Source: Myxococcota bacterium (lineage in GTDB: Bacteria > Myxococcota_A > UBA9160 > UBA6930). From it: a stretch of DNA of 64,000 nt. Made by a program: the position numbers and the translations under genes. Of this stretch, positions 40,157 through 50,461 are shown piece after piece; position 1 is the stretch's first letter, and each line of letters opens with the position of its first letter. The DNA lies in the NCBI GenBank assembly GCA_965223415.1, contig OZ245002.1, positions 2,752,001 through 2,816,000 of the forward strand, given 5' to 3'. Below the pieces are notes generated by a model. That model was not told the origin of the DNA and did no database searches. It saw only the letters and a list, made by a program, of their open reading frames with translations.

Positions 40157-40780
40157 ATGAGGATCCACGACTTCCCGCTCGCTCCGAACCCCCGCAAGCT
40201 GCGGACCTACCTGGGCGAGAAGGGCCTCGAGATCCGGTTCGTGCTGGTGAACCTGATCAAGGGCGAGCACAAACGGCGGGAGTTCCTGGCCATGAACCCG
40301 ATGGGCAGCGTGCCCGTGCTCGAGCTCGACGACGGCAGCTTCCTCACGGAATCCCTCGCCATCATCGAGTACCTGGAGGAGCTCCACCCGGAGCCGCCCA
40401 TGATCGGCACCACCCCGCTGGAGCGCGCCCGGGTGCGGCGCCTCGAGCGCCTGGCCGAGCTGGGCGTGCTGTTCCGGACGGCCCAGTACGTTCACGCGTC
40501 GAAATCCCCACTCCCCGGCGTGGAGCCGCGGCCGGAGGTGGCCGCCCACATGCTGGCCCAGCTCCCGACCTTCCTCGGCCTTCTCGACGCGGAGGTGGGC
40601 GATCGCCCCTTCGTCGCCGGCGACCGCCCCACCATCGCCGACTGCACGCTCTTCGCCGCGTTCGAGTTCGGGAAGTTCGGAGGGCTCGAGCTGGCGGAGG
40701 TGGGCGACGGCTTCCCCAACCTGAAGCGCTGGCACGCTGCCTTCTCGCAGCGTCCCAGCGCCCAGGTCTCGTTCCCTTGA
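40157..40780 (+). CDS. Glutathione S-transferase family protein
   Basis: APNP, NPMGSVPVLELDDG, ESLAIIEYLEE, TIAD. Confidence 0.95.
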   Translation: MRIHDFPLAPNPRKLRTYLGEKGLEIRFVLVNLIKGEHKRREFLAMNPMGSVPVLELDDGSFLTESLAIIEYLEELHPEPPMIGTTPLERARVRRLERLAELGVLFRTAQYVHASKSPLPGVEPRPEVAAHMLAQLPTFLGLLDAEVGDRPFVAGDRPTIADCTLFAAFEFGKFGGLELAEVGDGFPNLKRWHAAFSQRPSAQVSFP

Positions 40781-40793
40781 AGGGCGGAGACGC

Positions 40794-41990
40794 CTACTCG
40801 TAGACGATGCCCTTCTTCGCGGCCTGCTCCTTCACGGCCTCGAAGACCTTGGCGTCGAAGCCTTCGACGCGGCCGGCGGCGCGCTGGCGCTCGGTCTCGG
40901 CGCGCACCCACGCATCGCGTTTACCCGCGAGCGCGTCGATCTCTTCCTGGATGCGCTCGCGCTCCTCGAGCTTCTGCTGCACGAAGGCGCCCTGCTCGGC
41001 GGGCGACATCGCGCGCATCGGCGCGGGCAGCGCCTCGGGGGCGACGGCCTCGAGCTCGAGGCCGTCCTTGAACGCGTCGACCAGATCGCTCATGCCCGAT
41101 ATCGCCCGCTTGCCGCTCTTCGCCAGGTAGGAGAGCCGCGAGGCGGCGGCGGGCGCGTCGGCCTCGACCGAGTTCTTCACCTTCTCCTCCATGGCCATGC
41201 GGTCGTCGGCGGAGCCGTAGGAGACGACCGTGGAGGCGAGGGCGCGGTTCAGCCGCGCCAGCTCGTCGTCCATGGGCGTGGCCAGCGCCACCATGCCGCC
41301 GTCCTGGGCGATGGCCGCGAACTGCCCGAGGCCGATCGAGGCGATCTCGCGCCACACCGGCGTGGTGTTCGGCTGGGCACCGCACTGCACGGTGTTGAGC
41401 ATGATGCCCCTCTGCTTGGCGAGGCGGGCCGTCTCCGCGTAGGGGACGTCCTGGGCGTAGTCCATGTGCGGCGGGGCGTCGCCGACCAGGAAGATCACGC
41501 GGTAGACGCCCTCCCCGGTGCTCCAGGACAGGTCGTTCACGGCCTCGTGCAGCGCCTGGTTGACCGATTCCGGCGTATCGCCGCCGCCCTGGGCCTGGAA
41601 GCCGCGCAGCTTCGCGTAGATGGCGTCGATGTCGTCGGTGAGGTCAAAGCGCCGGGTCACATAGGCGTCGCCGCGATCGCGGTAGCCGATGAGCGCGATG
41701 CGCACGTCCGCACCCTGCTGGGAGCTGGCCATCTGGTTGGCGATCGACCAGATCTTCTGCTTGGCGCCCTCGATCAGGCCGGACATGGAGCCGGTGGTGT
41801 CGAGCACGAAGGCCACCTCGATGCGGGCGTCGGGGGCCGGCACCACGTGCACGGGCTCGATCGGCGGCACCGGATCCACGTGGGCGGCGCTCTTGGCACG
41901 GGCGTGGGCCACGGCCAGGGTGGCTGCGGCGAGCAGCGCCACCAGGCCGAGCTGGTGGAGGCGAGTGAAGCGGGGCTTGCGTTCCTGCAT
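40794..41990 (-). CDS. Exported VWA-domain protein
   Basis: Signal peptide; DTTGSM MIDAS-like motif, YRD, GGGDTPE, GDAPPH. Confidence 0.88.
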   Translation of the reverse strand: MQERKPRFTRLHQLGLVALLAAATLAVAHARAKSAAHVDPVPPIEPVHVVPAPDARIEVAFVLDTTGSMSGLIEGAKQKIWSIANQMASSQQGADVRIALIGYRDRGDAYVTRRFDLTDDIDAIYAKLRGFQAQGGGDTPESVNQALHEAVNDLSWSTGEGVYRVIFLVGDAPPHMDYAQDVPYAETARLAKQRGIMLNTVQCGAQPNTTPVWREIASIGLGQFAAIAQDGGMVALATPMDDELARLNRALASTVVSYGSADDRMAMEEKVKNSVEADAPAAASRLSYLAKSGKRAISGMSDLVDAFKDGLELEAVAPEALPAPMRAMSPAEQGAFVQQKLEERERIQEEIDALAGKRDAWVRAETERQRAAGRVEGFDAKVFEAVKEQAAKKGIVYE

Positions 41991-42162
41991 GGTTCGGGTC
42001 CTCGGTTCTCGTTGGGTGTGGGGGCTGGGATTCGACGTCGAGCCTATGGGCCCCTTCGGTGGGTTGCTGTAAAGGCCCGGTAAATCCACGCCCGACGGCG
42101 GCCGAGGCTCCGGGAATCGCGGACTTGCGGCGCCCGCCTGCGCCTCCGAAGCTCCCGCCACC

Positions 42163-43449
42163 GTGGACCGCCCTGCGCTCGGACTCGATTTCGGCACCAC
42201 GAACAGCGCGATCGCCCTGGTCGACGGCGAGGGGCGCTCCCGACTCGCGCGCTTCGATGCCGACGACGGACCCACCGAGACCTTCCGCTCGGTCCTCTAC
42301 TTCGAGGAGGACGAGGACGACGGGCGCACCCATGTGCACGCCGGGCCGAACGCCATCGCGCGCTACCTGACGAGCGAGGAGAAGAACGGGCGCCTCGTGC
42401 AGTCGCTGAAGTCGTTCCTGGCGAGCCGGCTCTTCTCCGCCACCAACGTGATGGGCCGGGTCTACCGGCTGGAGGACCTGATCGCGCTGCTGCTGCGGCC
42501 GCTGCGCGAGCAGGCGGAGGAGCGTTTCGGGGTGGCCGTCGAGCGAGTCGTGGCGGGGCGGCCCGTGCGCTTCGTGGGCGCGGAGTCGGACGAGGACGAG
42601 GAGCTGGCGATGACGCGGCTCACCGCCGCGCTGCACAACGCCGGCTTCCGGCACGTGACCTTCGAGTACGAGCCAGTGGGTGCGGCCTACCACTACGAGC
42701 AGGGCTTGGAGCGCGACGAGCTGATCCTGATCGCCGACTTCGGCGGCGGGACCAGCGATTTCTCGCTGCTGCGGGTCGGTCCCTCCTTCGCGGGAGAGGG
42801 CCGGCGCGCGGAGTCGATCCTCGGACACGACGGGGTCGGCCTGGCCGGCGACGCCTTCGACGGCAAGCTGGTGCGCCACCTGGTCGCGCCGCGTCTCGGC
42901 CGCGGGGCCGAGTTCCGCTCGATGATGGGACGCGTGCTGCCGGTGCCCGCGTGGATCTACGGGCACCTCGAGCGCTGGCACCACGTCTCGCTGCTCAAGT
43001 CCCGCAAGACCCTGCAGCTGCTCCTCGACCTCCGCCGGGAGGCCCTCGAGCCCGAGAAGCTCGAAGCGCTGATCCACGTGGTGCGCTCCGACCTGGGGTT
43101 CCTGCTCTACCGCGCGACCGAGCACGCCAAGCGCACGCTCTCGGACGAGGCCAGGGCGACCTTTCGCTTCCAGCACGAGCACGTGGGCATCGCGGCGCTG
43201 GTGCCGCGCACCCGCTTCGAGGAGTGGATCGCGGAGGAGCTCGTGCGCATCGAGGCGTGTGTGGACGGCCTCCTCGAGCGCAGCGGCATCGCGCCGGGCG
43301 AGGTCGACCGCGTCTTCCTCACCGGCGGCTCGTCCTTCGTCCCCGCCGTCCGCGCCCTCTTCCTGTCGCGCTTCGGCGAGGCCCGCGTGACCAGCGGCGC
43401 CGAGCTCACCTCCGTCGCCAGCGGCCTGGCCCTCCGCGCCGCCGAGTGA
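42163..43449 (+). CDS. Hsp70 family protein (YegD-like)
   Basis: GLDFGTTNS, GRPV, EPVGAA, DFGGGTSD, LTGGSS; no substrate-binding domain. Confidence 0.9.
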   Translation: MDRPALGLDFGTTNSAIALVDGEGRSRLARFDADDGPTETFRSVLYFEEDEDDGRTHVHAGPNAIARYLTSEEKNGRLVQSLKSFLASRLFSATNVMGRVYRLEDLIALLLRPLREQAEERFGVAVERVVAGRPVRFVGAESDEDEELAMTRLTAALHNAGFRHVTFEYEPVGAAYHYEQGLERDELILIADFGGGTSDFSLLRVGPSFAGEGRRAESILGHDGVGLAGDAFDGKLVRHLVAPRLGRGAEFRSMMGRVLPVPAWIYGHLERWHHVSLLKSRKTLQLLLDLRREALEPEKLEALIHVVRSDLGFLLYRATEHAKRTLSDEARATFRFQHEHVGIAALVPRTRFEEWIAEELVRIEACVDGLLERSGIAPGEVDRVFLTGGSSFVPAVRALFLSRFGEARVTSGAELTSVASGLALRAAE

Positions 43450-43529
43450 AGAAACGGGGCCAGAGTTAAGAATTCAGTTACGCCCCCTTGGGGCGTAACT
43501 GAATTCTTAACTCTGGCCCCGTTTCTTCA
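43447..43529. repeat. Perfect 40-bp inverted repeat with 3-nt spacer
   Basis: 43447-43486 is the exact reverse complement of 43490-43529. Confidence 0.97.
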
Positions 43530-44135
43530 GGCGGCTTCGTTGACGCCCGGGGGGTCGGTGGAGCGCTGGCCCGGGTGCCAGGTGCCGTCGCCGCGGCGGG
43601 TGAGGAGGATGCGGCCGCCGACCTCGGGCTGGCCCTCGGCGGGGGCTTCTCCCGTCAGGTGGCGGACGATCTCGCGGATCACGCCCTTGTGCAGGACGGC
43701 CACGGCGGTGCGGCCGGGGTCGGCCAGGAGGCGCTCGAGAGCCCGCCCGATGCGGGCCTGGAAATCGGCGCGCAGCTCGCCGCCCGGGTACTCGAAGCCC
43801 TCGGCGCCGGCCTGCCAATCGTCGAAGAGCGCGGGATCCTGGGCCTGGATCTCCTCCTTCGAGAGGCCCTCCCAGCGCCCGAAGTGGATCTCCCGGAGCT
43901 CGCTCTCCATGCGCACCTGAGCTCCGCGGCTCACGACCGCAGCCCCGCCCCAGGAGCGCTTCAGGGTGCTGGCCACGTAGAGATCGGCGGGCTCGTCGCG
44001 CAGCTCGCTGGCGACGCGCCGCATCTGCGCCCGCCCTTCGGCGGACAGGCCGAGGTCGGTGCTGCCGTAGTAGCGGACGCTCGACTCGCCGTCGGTCTCA
44101 CCGTGGCGGATCAGGATCAGGCGGCGGATGGACAT
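43527..44135 (-). CDS. Histidine phosphatase family protein
   Basis: LIRHGET, LREIHFGRWEG, GE, HKGVIR. Confidence 0.92.
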   Translation of the reverse strand: MSIRRLILIRHGETDGESSVRYYGSTDLGLSAEGRAQMRRVASELRDEPADLYVASTLKRSWGGAAVVSRGAQVRMESELREIHFGRWEGLSKEEIQAQDPALFDDWQAGAEGFEYPGGELRADFQARIGRALERLLADPGRTAVAVLHKGVIREIVRHLTGEAPAEGQPEVGGRILLTRRGDGTWHPGQRSTDPPGVNEAA

Positions 44136-44231
44136 GGGCGGCTCCTCCGGGAATCGCGCGGGAGAATGGCCGGCTCCCCGGGCCTCGTCAATTCGAGGCC
44201 CGAGGCGGCGCGGTTGGTAGACTGGCCCGCC

Positions 44232-45581
44232 ATGACCGGCCGAGCCTGGGGGGTGATCGCACTGCTCGCCCTCGCCATCGTGGCGGGGACCAGCGTCTGG
44301 CTGCGCTGCGAGGGCGCCGCCCCGGAGATCCGGGCCCCGGAGCGGGTCGTGATCGGGCGGGCCGGCGCGGAGGTGAGCCTGGGCGCCTCCGACGCGGGCT
44401 CCGGGGTGCGAGAGCTGGCCGTGCGCCTGCGCCACGCCGGCGGCGAGGCCACCGTGTTCCGCGAGAGCTACCCGGGCAACCCGCTGACCGGCGGCGTGCT
44501 GAAGCCCGGCATCCCCGACGTCGCCGCGAGCCTCGACCCGAAGGCCCTCGGCTTGAAGGACGGAGAAGCGTTCCTGATCGTGGAGGCGACGGACTGGTCG
44601 TGGGCCTCGATGCTCAGGGGCAACACGGGCGCCCTCGAGGTGCCGGTCCGCATCGACCTGAAGGCGCCGCGGGTCTCCGTCCGAACCGGCCTCACCTACG
44701 TGAAGCGCGGCGGCAGCGCCTCGGTCGTCTACCAGGTGAACGAGGACGCGGCCCGGGACGGCGTCCTGGTGGGCGACGCCTTCTTCCAGGGCGTGCCGCT
44801 ACCGGCCGCGGACGACGGGCGGCGCATCGCGATCTTCGCGATTCCCCGGGACGCCCCGGACAACGTGCCCATCCGCGTCGTGGCCGAGGACGCCGCCGGC
44901 AACCGGGGCACCGGTGGCTGGGCCACGCGTCTCCAGGAGCGGGGCTTCCAGGAGGTGACGATCAACCTGGGCGAGCGCTTCCTCTCCGGCAAGGTGCCGG
45001 AGCTGGCGGACGCCCTGGATCTCGACGCCTCCGATCCGATCGTCGCCTTCCAGCACATCAACACGGAGGTGCGCGCGGCCAACGAGGAGGAGATCCGGCG
45101 CATCGTGGCAAGAGCCACCCCGCCGCTCGCGTTCGAGGGCGGCTTCCTGCAGATGCGCGGCTCGGCGGTCACCAGCCGCTTCGCCGAGCACCGGAGCTAC
45201 TTCGTCGAGGGCCGCAAGGTCTCCGAGGCGATCCACTACGGCTACGACCTGGCCTCCACCGCCGGTGCGGCGATCGAGGCGTCGAACGCGGGCCGCGTGC
45301 TCTTCGCGGACGCCCTCGGCATCTACGGCAACTGCGTGATCGTCGACCACGGGCTCGGCGTGACCTCCCTCTACGCGCACCTCTCCCGCATCGACGTGGG
45401 CGCCGGCGACGAGGTGGCGCGGGGGCAATCCCTCGGCACCTCCGGTGCGACGGGGCTCGCTGGCGGCGACCACCTGCACTTCGCGATCCTCGTCGGCGAC
45501 ACCTACGTCGACCCGAAGGAGTGGTGGGACGCGAAGTGGGTACGGGATCACATCGAGGCGCGCTTCGAACCCACCGAGTGA
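44232..45581 (+). CDS. M23 family metallopeptidase
   Basis: N-terminal TM; HYGYD (HxxxD), YGNCVIVDHG, YAHL, HLHF. Confidence 0.93.
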   Translation: MTGRAWGVIALLALAIVAGTSVWLRCEGAAPEIRAPERVVIGRAGAEVSLGASDAGSGVRELAVRLRHAGGEATVFRESYPGNPLTGGVLKPGIPDVAASLDPKALGLKDGEAFLIVEATDWSWASMLRGNTGALEVPVRIDLKAPRVSVRTGLTYVKRGGSASVVYQVNEDAARDGVLVGDAFFQGVPLPAADDGRRIAIFAIPRDAPDNVPIRVVAEDAAGNRGTGGWATRLQERGFQEVTINLGERFLSGKVPELADALDLDASDPIVAFQHINTEVRAANEEEIRRIVARATPPLAFEGGFLQMRGSAVTSRFAEHRSYFVEGRKVSEAIHYGYDLASTAGAAIEASNAGRVLFADALGIYGNCVIVDHGLGVTSLYAHLSRIDVGAGDEVARGQSLGTSGATGLAGGDHLHFAILVGDTYVDPKEWWDAKWVRDHIEARFEPTE

Positions 45582-45591
45582 AGGGGCCGCG

Positions 45592-46305
45592 GTGAAGGTC
45601 GCTCGAGAAGCGGAGCTCGAGGGCTTCCTGCTGCGGCGCTACAAGCGCTTCTTCGCCGACGTCGAGACGCTGGACGGCCGCAAGCTCACCGTCCACTGCC
45701 CGAACCCGGGCAGCATGCGCGGGCTCCTCGTGGAAGGCGCGCCGGTGCGCTGCTCCACGAGCGCGAACCCGAAGCGCAAGCTCGCCCACACCCTCGAGAT
45801 GATCCGCATCGGACGCAGCTGGGTGGGGCTGCACACGGGCCGGGGCAACGCCGTCGCTGCGGCCGCCATCGACGCCGGGCTCCTGCCGTCCTTGGATGGC
45901 TACGAGGTGCGGCGCCCTGAGGTGCGCATCGAGCACGGCGGTACGAGCTCGCGCATCGACTTCCACCTCTCGAAGCACCGGAGCCGGCCCGACGCCTGGG
46001 TCGAGGTGAAGAGCGTCACCTTGGCCGCGGGCCGGCGCGCGCGCTTCCCGGACAGCGTCACCGAGCGGGGACGGAAGCACGCGGAGCTGCTCGGCACGCT
46101 CGCGCGGCGGGGCGAGCGCGGCGTCCTGCTCTTCGTCGTCCAACGGGGCGATTGCCGGATCGTGGAGCCAGCCGACGACATCGACCCGGCCTACGGCGCC
46201 GCACTGCGGCAGGCAGTGGCGCGAGGTGCGGAGGTGCTCGCAGTGCGGGCGCGGATTCGCCAGGACGCGATCGTCCCCCTGGACCGGCTACCGGTCGAGC
46301 TGTGA
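45592..46305 (+). CDS. sfsA: DNA/RNA nuclease SfsA
   Basis: RYKRFFADV, HCPNPGSM, SRIDF, VEVKSVT, FPDSVTERGRKH, IDPAY. Confidence 0.95.
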   Translation: MKVAREAELEGFLLRRYKRFFADVETLDGRKLTVHCPNPGSMRGLLVEGAPVRCSTSANPKRKLAHTLEMIRIGRSWVGLHTGRGNAVAAAAIDAGLLPSLDGYEVRRPEVRIEHGGTSSRIDFHLSKHRSRPDAWVEVKSVTLAAGRRARFPDSVTERGRKHAELLGTLARRGERGVLLFVVQRGDCRIVEPADDIDPAYGAALRQAVARGAEVLAVRARIRQDAIVPLDRLPVEL

Positions 46306-47369
46306 GCCGGGCCGCGCTGCGCCGGGCGCTGCTGCGCTGGTACCGCGAGCAGGCCCGCGACCTCCCCTGGCGCCGGACGCGCGATCCCTACGCCATCTGG
46401 GTCTCCGAGACGATGCTGCAGCAGACCCGGGTCGAGACGGTCATCCCCTACTACGAGCGCTTCCTCGCCCGCTTTCCGACCGTGGAAGCGCTGGCAGACG
46501 CCGAGAGCGACGACCTGATGGAGCACTGGGCGGGCCTCGGGTACTACCGGCGCGCGCGCAACCTGCAGGCCGCCGCCCGGAAGGTGGTGGAGGAGCACGG
46601 CGGCGCGCTGCCGGACGACGTGGAGGGGCTGCTCGAGCTGCCGGGCGTGGGACGCTACACGGCCGGGGCGCTGGCCTCGATCGCCTTCGACCGCCCGGCG
46701 CCGATCGTCGACGGCAACGTGGCCCGGGTGTTCGCGCGGCTGTTCGGGATCCGCGAGGACGTGCGCAGCGCTCCGGTGCAGGCGCGCCTGTGGGAGGAGG
46801 CGACGGCGTTGGCGCGGGGGCGCAGTCCGGGCGATCTGAACCAGTCCGTGATGGAGCTCGGCGCCACCGTCTGCACACCGCGCGCGCCGGAGTGCCTGCT
46901 GTGTCCGCTGATGCGCCACTGCGACGCACGCGAGGCCGGAGACGCCGAGGCCCTACCCGTGAAGCCTCCGAAGAAGCCGCCGCGCGAGGTCGCGGCGGTC
47001 GCCGCACGGGTCGATCGCGACGGCCGCGTGCTCGCCGTGCGGCGACCGCCGGGAGGGCTCCTCGGCGGCCTGTGGGAGCTGCCCGGTGACGAGCTCGAAG
47101 CCGGCGAGACCCCGGAGGCCGCCGCGGCGCGCAGCCTGCGCGAGCGCGCCGGCCTCACCGCCAAGGCCTGTACACCGCTGGGCGCGATCGAGCACCTCTT
47201 CACCCACCGCCGCCTCACCCTCCACGTCCTGCGCGTCGACGTCGCCCCCGGCCGCGTGCGCCGCCACCACTACGACGCCCACCGCTGGCTCCTCGAGCCC
47301 GCCCTCGGCGCCCTCCCCCTCTCCACACTCGCCCGCAAAGCCATCGCCCTTCCCCCCGCATCGCGGTGA
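46302..47369 (+). CDS. mutY: A/G-specific adenine glycosylase
   Basis: SETMLQQT, WAGLGYYRRARNL, LPGVGRYTA, DGNV, C-x6-C-x2-C-x5-C, GLWELPG. Confidence 0.96.
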   Translation: MSRAALRRALLRWYREQARDLPWRRTRDPYAIWVSETMLQQTRVETVIPYYERFLARFPTVEALADAESDDLMEHWAGLGYYRRARNLQAAARKVVEEHGGALPDDVEGLLELPGVGRYTAGALASIAFDRPAPIVDGNVARVFARLFGIREDVRSAPVQARLWEEATALARGRSPGDLNQSVMELGATVCTPRAPECLLCPLMRHCDAREAGDAEALPVKPPKKPPREVAAVAARVDRDGRVLAVRRPPGGLLGGLWELPGDELEAGETPEAAAARSLRERAGLTAKACTPLGAIEHLFTHRRLTLHVLRVDVAPGRVRRHHYDAHRWLLEPALGALPLSTLARKAIALPPASR

Positions 47370-47746
47370 GCTTCGAGATCGAGCGACGGGGAGAGCGGGT
47401 GGCGGGAATCGCGGCCGGGGTGGACCGGGCGCATCTCCGGCGGCTCGAACGGGGGGAGATTGAGGTCGACGCGGAGCTGGACCTGCACGGGCTGGACGGG
47501 CGGGAGGCGCGCCGGGCCGTGCGAGAGGCGCTGGAGGAGGCGTACCACGACGGCGAGCGGTGCCTGCTCGTGATCCACGGGCGAGGGCGGCGCTCGGAGC
47601 TCGGCCCGGTGCTGCGCGAGGCGTTGCCGGAATGGCTCACGGCGCCGCCGGTCGGGCGCCGGGTGTTGGCCTTCGCATCGGCGCGGCCTGGGGACGGCGG
47701 CACCGGCGCCACCTACGTGCTTCTGCGACGGCACAGAGGCAGGTAG
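47366..47746 (+). CDS. Smr-domain protein
   Basis: LDLHG, VIHGRG, GGTGATYVLL. Confidence 0.92.
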   Translation: MSFEIERRGERVAGIAAGVDRAHLRRLERGEIEVDAELDLHGLDGREARRAVREALEEAYHDGERCLLVIHGRGRRSELGPVLREALPEWLTAPPVGRRVLAFASARPGDGGTGATYVLLRRHRGR

Positions 47747-47761
47747 CTATCCTGCCCCCTC

Positions 47762-48850
47762 ATGGGCAGCTCCAGCGGCCGGCTCTTCCGCATCACCACC
47801 TTCGGCGAGTCCCACGGCGGCGCCGTGGGTGTCGTCGTGGACGGATGCCCTCCCCGGATCGAGATCTCGGAGCAGGAGATCCAGGCGGAGCTCGACCGCC
47901 GCCGCCCCGGCCAGAGCCGCTTCACGACGCCGCGGCGGGAAGACGACCGGGTCGAGATCGTGTCCGGCGTCTTCGAGGGCCGCACCCTCGGCACGCCGAT
48001 CGCGCTGGTCGTGCGCAACCAGGACGCGCGTCCCTCCGCCTACGAGGACATGAAGGATCTCTACCGCCCGAGCCACGCGGACTACACCTACGAGGCCAAG
48101 TACGGCATCCGCAACTGGCAGGGAGGCGGCCGCGCCAGCGCGCGGGAGACGATCGGCCGCGTCGCCGCGGGCGCCCTCGCTCGCAAGCTCCTGGGCGAGC
48201 AGTGCGGCGGCACTGAGGTGGTGGCGTGGGTCGCCCAGGTCCACGACGTCGAGGCGAAGGTGGACGCAAGCCGGGTGGCCCTCGCGGATGTCGAGGCCAG
48301 CCCGGTGCGCTGCCCGGACGCCGCGGCGGCCGGCGAGATGGAGACGCGCATCGACGCCGCGCGGGAGCGCGGCGATTCCCTCGGCGGCGTCGTCGAGTGC
48401 GTCGCCCGGGGCGTGCCACCCGGCCTCGGCGAGCCGGTCTTCGACAAGCTCGAGGCGGACCTCGCCAAGGCCCTGATGTCGCTCCCCGCCTCGAAGGGCT
48501 TCGAGATCGGCAGCGGCTTCGGCGGCACCCGGCTCACGGGAATCGAGCACAACGATCCCTTCGTGCCGGGTGAGGGCGGCCTCCCCCACACGACGACGAA
48601 CCGATCGGGCGGCGTGCAGGGTGGAATCAGCAACGGCGAGCCGATCCTGCTGCGCGTCGCCTTCAAGCCGACCGCGACCATCCGGCTCGAGCAGGACACG
48701 GTGGACCGGGAGAACCGTCCCACAAAGCTCGCCGCGAAGGGACGCCACGATCCCTGCGTCCTTCCGCGGGCCGTGCCCATGGTCGAGGCCGCGGTCTGCC
48801 TGGTCCTCGCGGACCACTGGCTGCGCCAGCGCGCCCAGAACCCGGACTGA
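47762..48850 (+). CDS. aroC: Chorismate synthase
   Basis: [36 protein letters not shown]. Confidence 0.98.
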   Translation: MGSSSGRLFRITTFGESHGGAVGVVVDGCPPRIEISEQEIQAELDRRRPGQSRFTTPRREDDRVEIVSGVFEGRTLGTPIALVVRNQDARPSAYEDMKDLYRPSHADYTYEAKYGIRNWQGGGRASARETIGRVAAGALARKLLGEQCGGTEVVAWVAQVHDVEAKVDASRVALADVEASPVRCPDAAAAGEMETRIDAARERGDSLGGVVECVARGVPPGLGEPVFDKLEADLAKALMSLPASKGFEIGSGFGGTRLTGIEHNDPFVPGEGGLPHTTTNRSGGVQGGISNGEPILLRVAFKPTATIRLEQDTVDRENRPTKLAAKGRHDPCVLPRAVPMVEAAVCLVLADHWLRQRAQNPD

Positions 48851-48954
48851 GCGGGCCGAACGCAGCCCGGGCCGCCTGTGAAGCGCTTCACTGTGGCGGG
48901 GGCGGGAGCGGTGCACCTTGAGCCGCGTACCTCAACTGCGCCCAAGGGAATCCC

Positions 48955-49485
48955 ATGAAACCTCGCTTCAGCTTCCTCCATCGAACCCGCGCCGTGATCC
49001 TCGCGGCCGCCCTCCTCATGTGGACCGTTCCGGCCCTGGCCGGCGGGCCGCTCGAGCCGCCCGACGGCGTCGGCAACCCGGACTTCAACGACTACTCCGG
49101 CTACTTCATCGTCGCGCTCTTCCCGGGCGTGCGCGAGAACTCCAGCCAGAGGACGCGATTCCAGTGCTTCAACGCGGGCGGCGCCACCGCCGACAACGTC
49201 GTGGTCCAGTTCTACTCCGCGAACGGCTCCGCGAGCAGGGCACCTACCGGAATCGATGGCCTGGCATCCGTCGTGGATCCCGGCGAGGCGCCCAGTGACG
49301 ACACCGAGTTCGGCGTGACCGGCTCGGTGAGCGACCGGGGCATCGCGCGCATCATCGCGATCGATAGCGTCCGCAGGCGGAACCCCGCCCTCAACTGCTC
49401 GGCGACCATCGAGACCGCCGGAACGGGCACCACGATCGGCTCGCTCCAGCGGGTGGACCTGCCGCGGAAGAAGAAGAAGCGCTAG
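48955..49485 (+). CDS. Hypothetical exported protein
   Basis: Signal peptide (ALA), two cysteines, C-terminal RKKKKR; GC3-rich codon usage. Confidence 0.65.
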   Translation: MKPRFSFLHRTRAVILAAALLMWTVPALAGGPLEPPDGVGNPDFNDYSGYFIVALFPGVRENSSQRTRFQCFNAGGATADNVVVQFYSANGSASRAPTGIDGLASVVDPGEAPSDDTEFGVTGSVSDRGIARIIAIDSVRRRNPALNCSATIETAGTGTTIGSLQRVDLPRKKKKR

Positions 49486-49497
49486 CCCTCTCCTTGC

Positions 49498-50448
49498 TCA
49501 CTCCTCGTCCGGGGCGCCGAGGTCGAGGTCCGCGAGGGCCTCTTCCGCGGCGTCCCGGACGTCCGGGTCCGCGTGGAACTGCAGCGGCTCGATCGCGTCG
49601 ACGATGCTCTCGTCGCCGACGAAGGCCAGCAGCTCCAGGCTGCGGACCAGGACCTCCGGATGCTCGCTGCGGAGTGCGCCGACCAGGGCGGCGGTGGCGC
49701 GTAGCGTCTCGTCCTCTGCCAGCCGCTCCAGCGCGGAGATACGCACCTCCGGGTCGTCGTCCTCGACCGCGGCGATCACCAGGTCCAGGCCCCAGCCGCT
49801 GGTGTCCATGTCGACGATCGCCTCCATGCGATCCTCCGGATCCCGGCTCTCGAGCTGGTCGATCAGCTGCCCGTTGGTCTTGACCGGAAGGGGGACGGGA
49901 GGCGGGCCCGAGCGCCGCGCCTCCTCCTCCTGGCGCCGCTCCTCTTCCTGCTGCGCTGCAGCTTCGCGAGCAGCGGCGGACGGGTTCTCCCGCTCGACCG
50001 GGTGGGAGAGCCCGGTCAGGGGCGCCGCGCCGACGTCCAGGCTCGTCAGTCGATGGCGGGGAGGCCCCGGCGCCTCGACGGGCGCCCATCTCGCCGCGTA
50101 GGGAACGCCGCGCAGCAGCTCGGCGAGGACGGCGGCCAGCGGCGCGTCGATCCGCACCAGGGTCACCGGCCGGGACGGAGCCTGCCCGCGAAGTGGGAAC
50201 TCGCCCTGGGCGGCCAGCGCGGTCATCAGCTCGTTCAGGGGGACACCGCCGGCGCGAAGCGAGACCCGATCCGCCTCCAGGGCGATCGATAGCTCGCCGG
50301 GGAGCGGCGCGTCGGGCCCGGGTGCAGCAGGCGCGGGCGAAGGTGGGGCCGTCTCCCGCGCAGGCTGCGGAGCCGGCGGAGCGGGCGGGAGCTCCGGCTC
50401 GGCTCCGCATGCGAGAGCCGAGAGCACGACGGGAAGGAGGCGGCGCAT
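49498..50448 (-). CDS. Putative lipoprotein with HEAT repeats
   Basis: ALACG lipobox-like; DPEDRMEA, DDPEVRISA, DPDVRDAA repeats. Confidence 0.75.
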   Translation of the reverse strand: MRRLLPVVLSALACGAEPELPPAPPAPQPARETAPPSPAPAAPGPDAPLPGELSIALEADRVSLRAGGVPLNELMTALAAQGEFPLRGQAPSRPVTLVRIDAPLAAVLAELLRGVPYAARWAPVEAPGPPRHRLTSLDVGAAPLTGLSHPVERENPSAAAREAAAQQEEERRQEEEARRSGPPPVPLPVKTNGQLIDQLESRDPEDRMEAIVDMDTSGWGLDLVIAAVEDDDPEVRISALERLAEDETLRATAALVGALRSEHPEVLVRSLELLAFVGDESIVDAIEPLQFHADPDVRDAAEEALADLDLGAPDEE

Positions 50449-50461
50449 CACTCGAAGATAG

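Noticed and set aside
40794..43449. VWA + Hsp70 as a stress or defence module
   Set aside because: The genes are divergent, the VWA protein is exported and the Hsp70 is YegD-like; no kinase, phosphatase or MoxR partner
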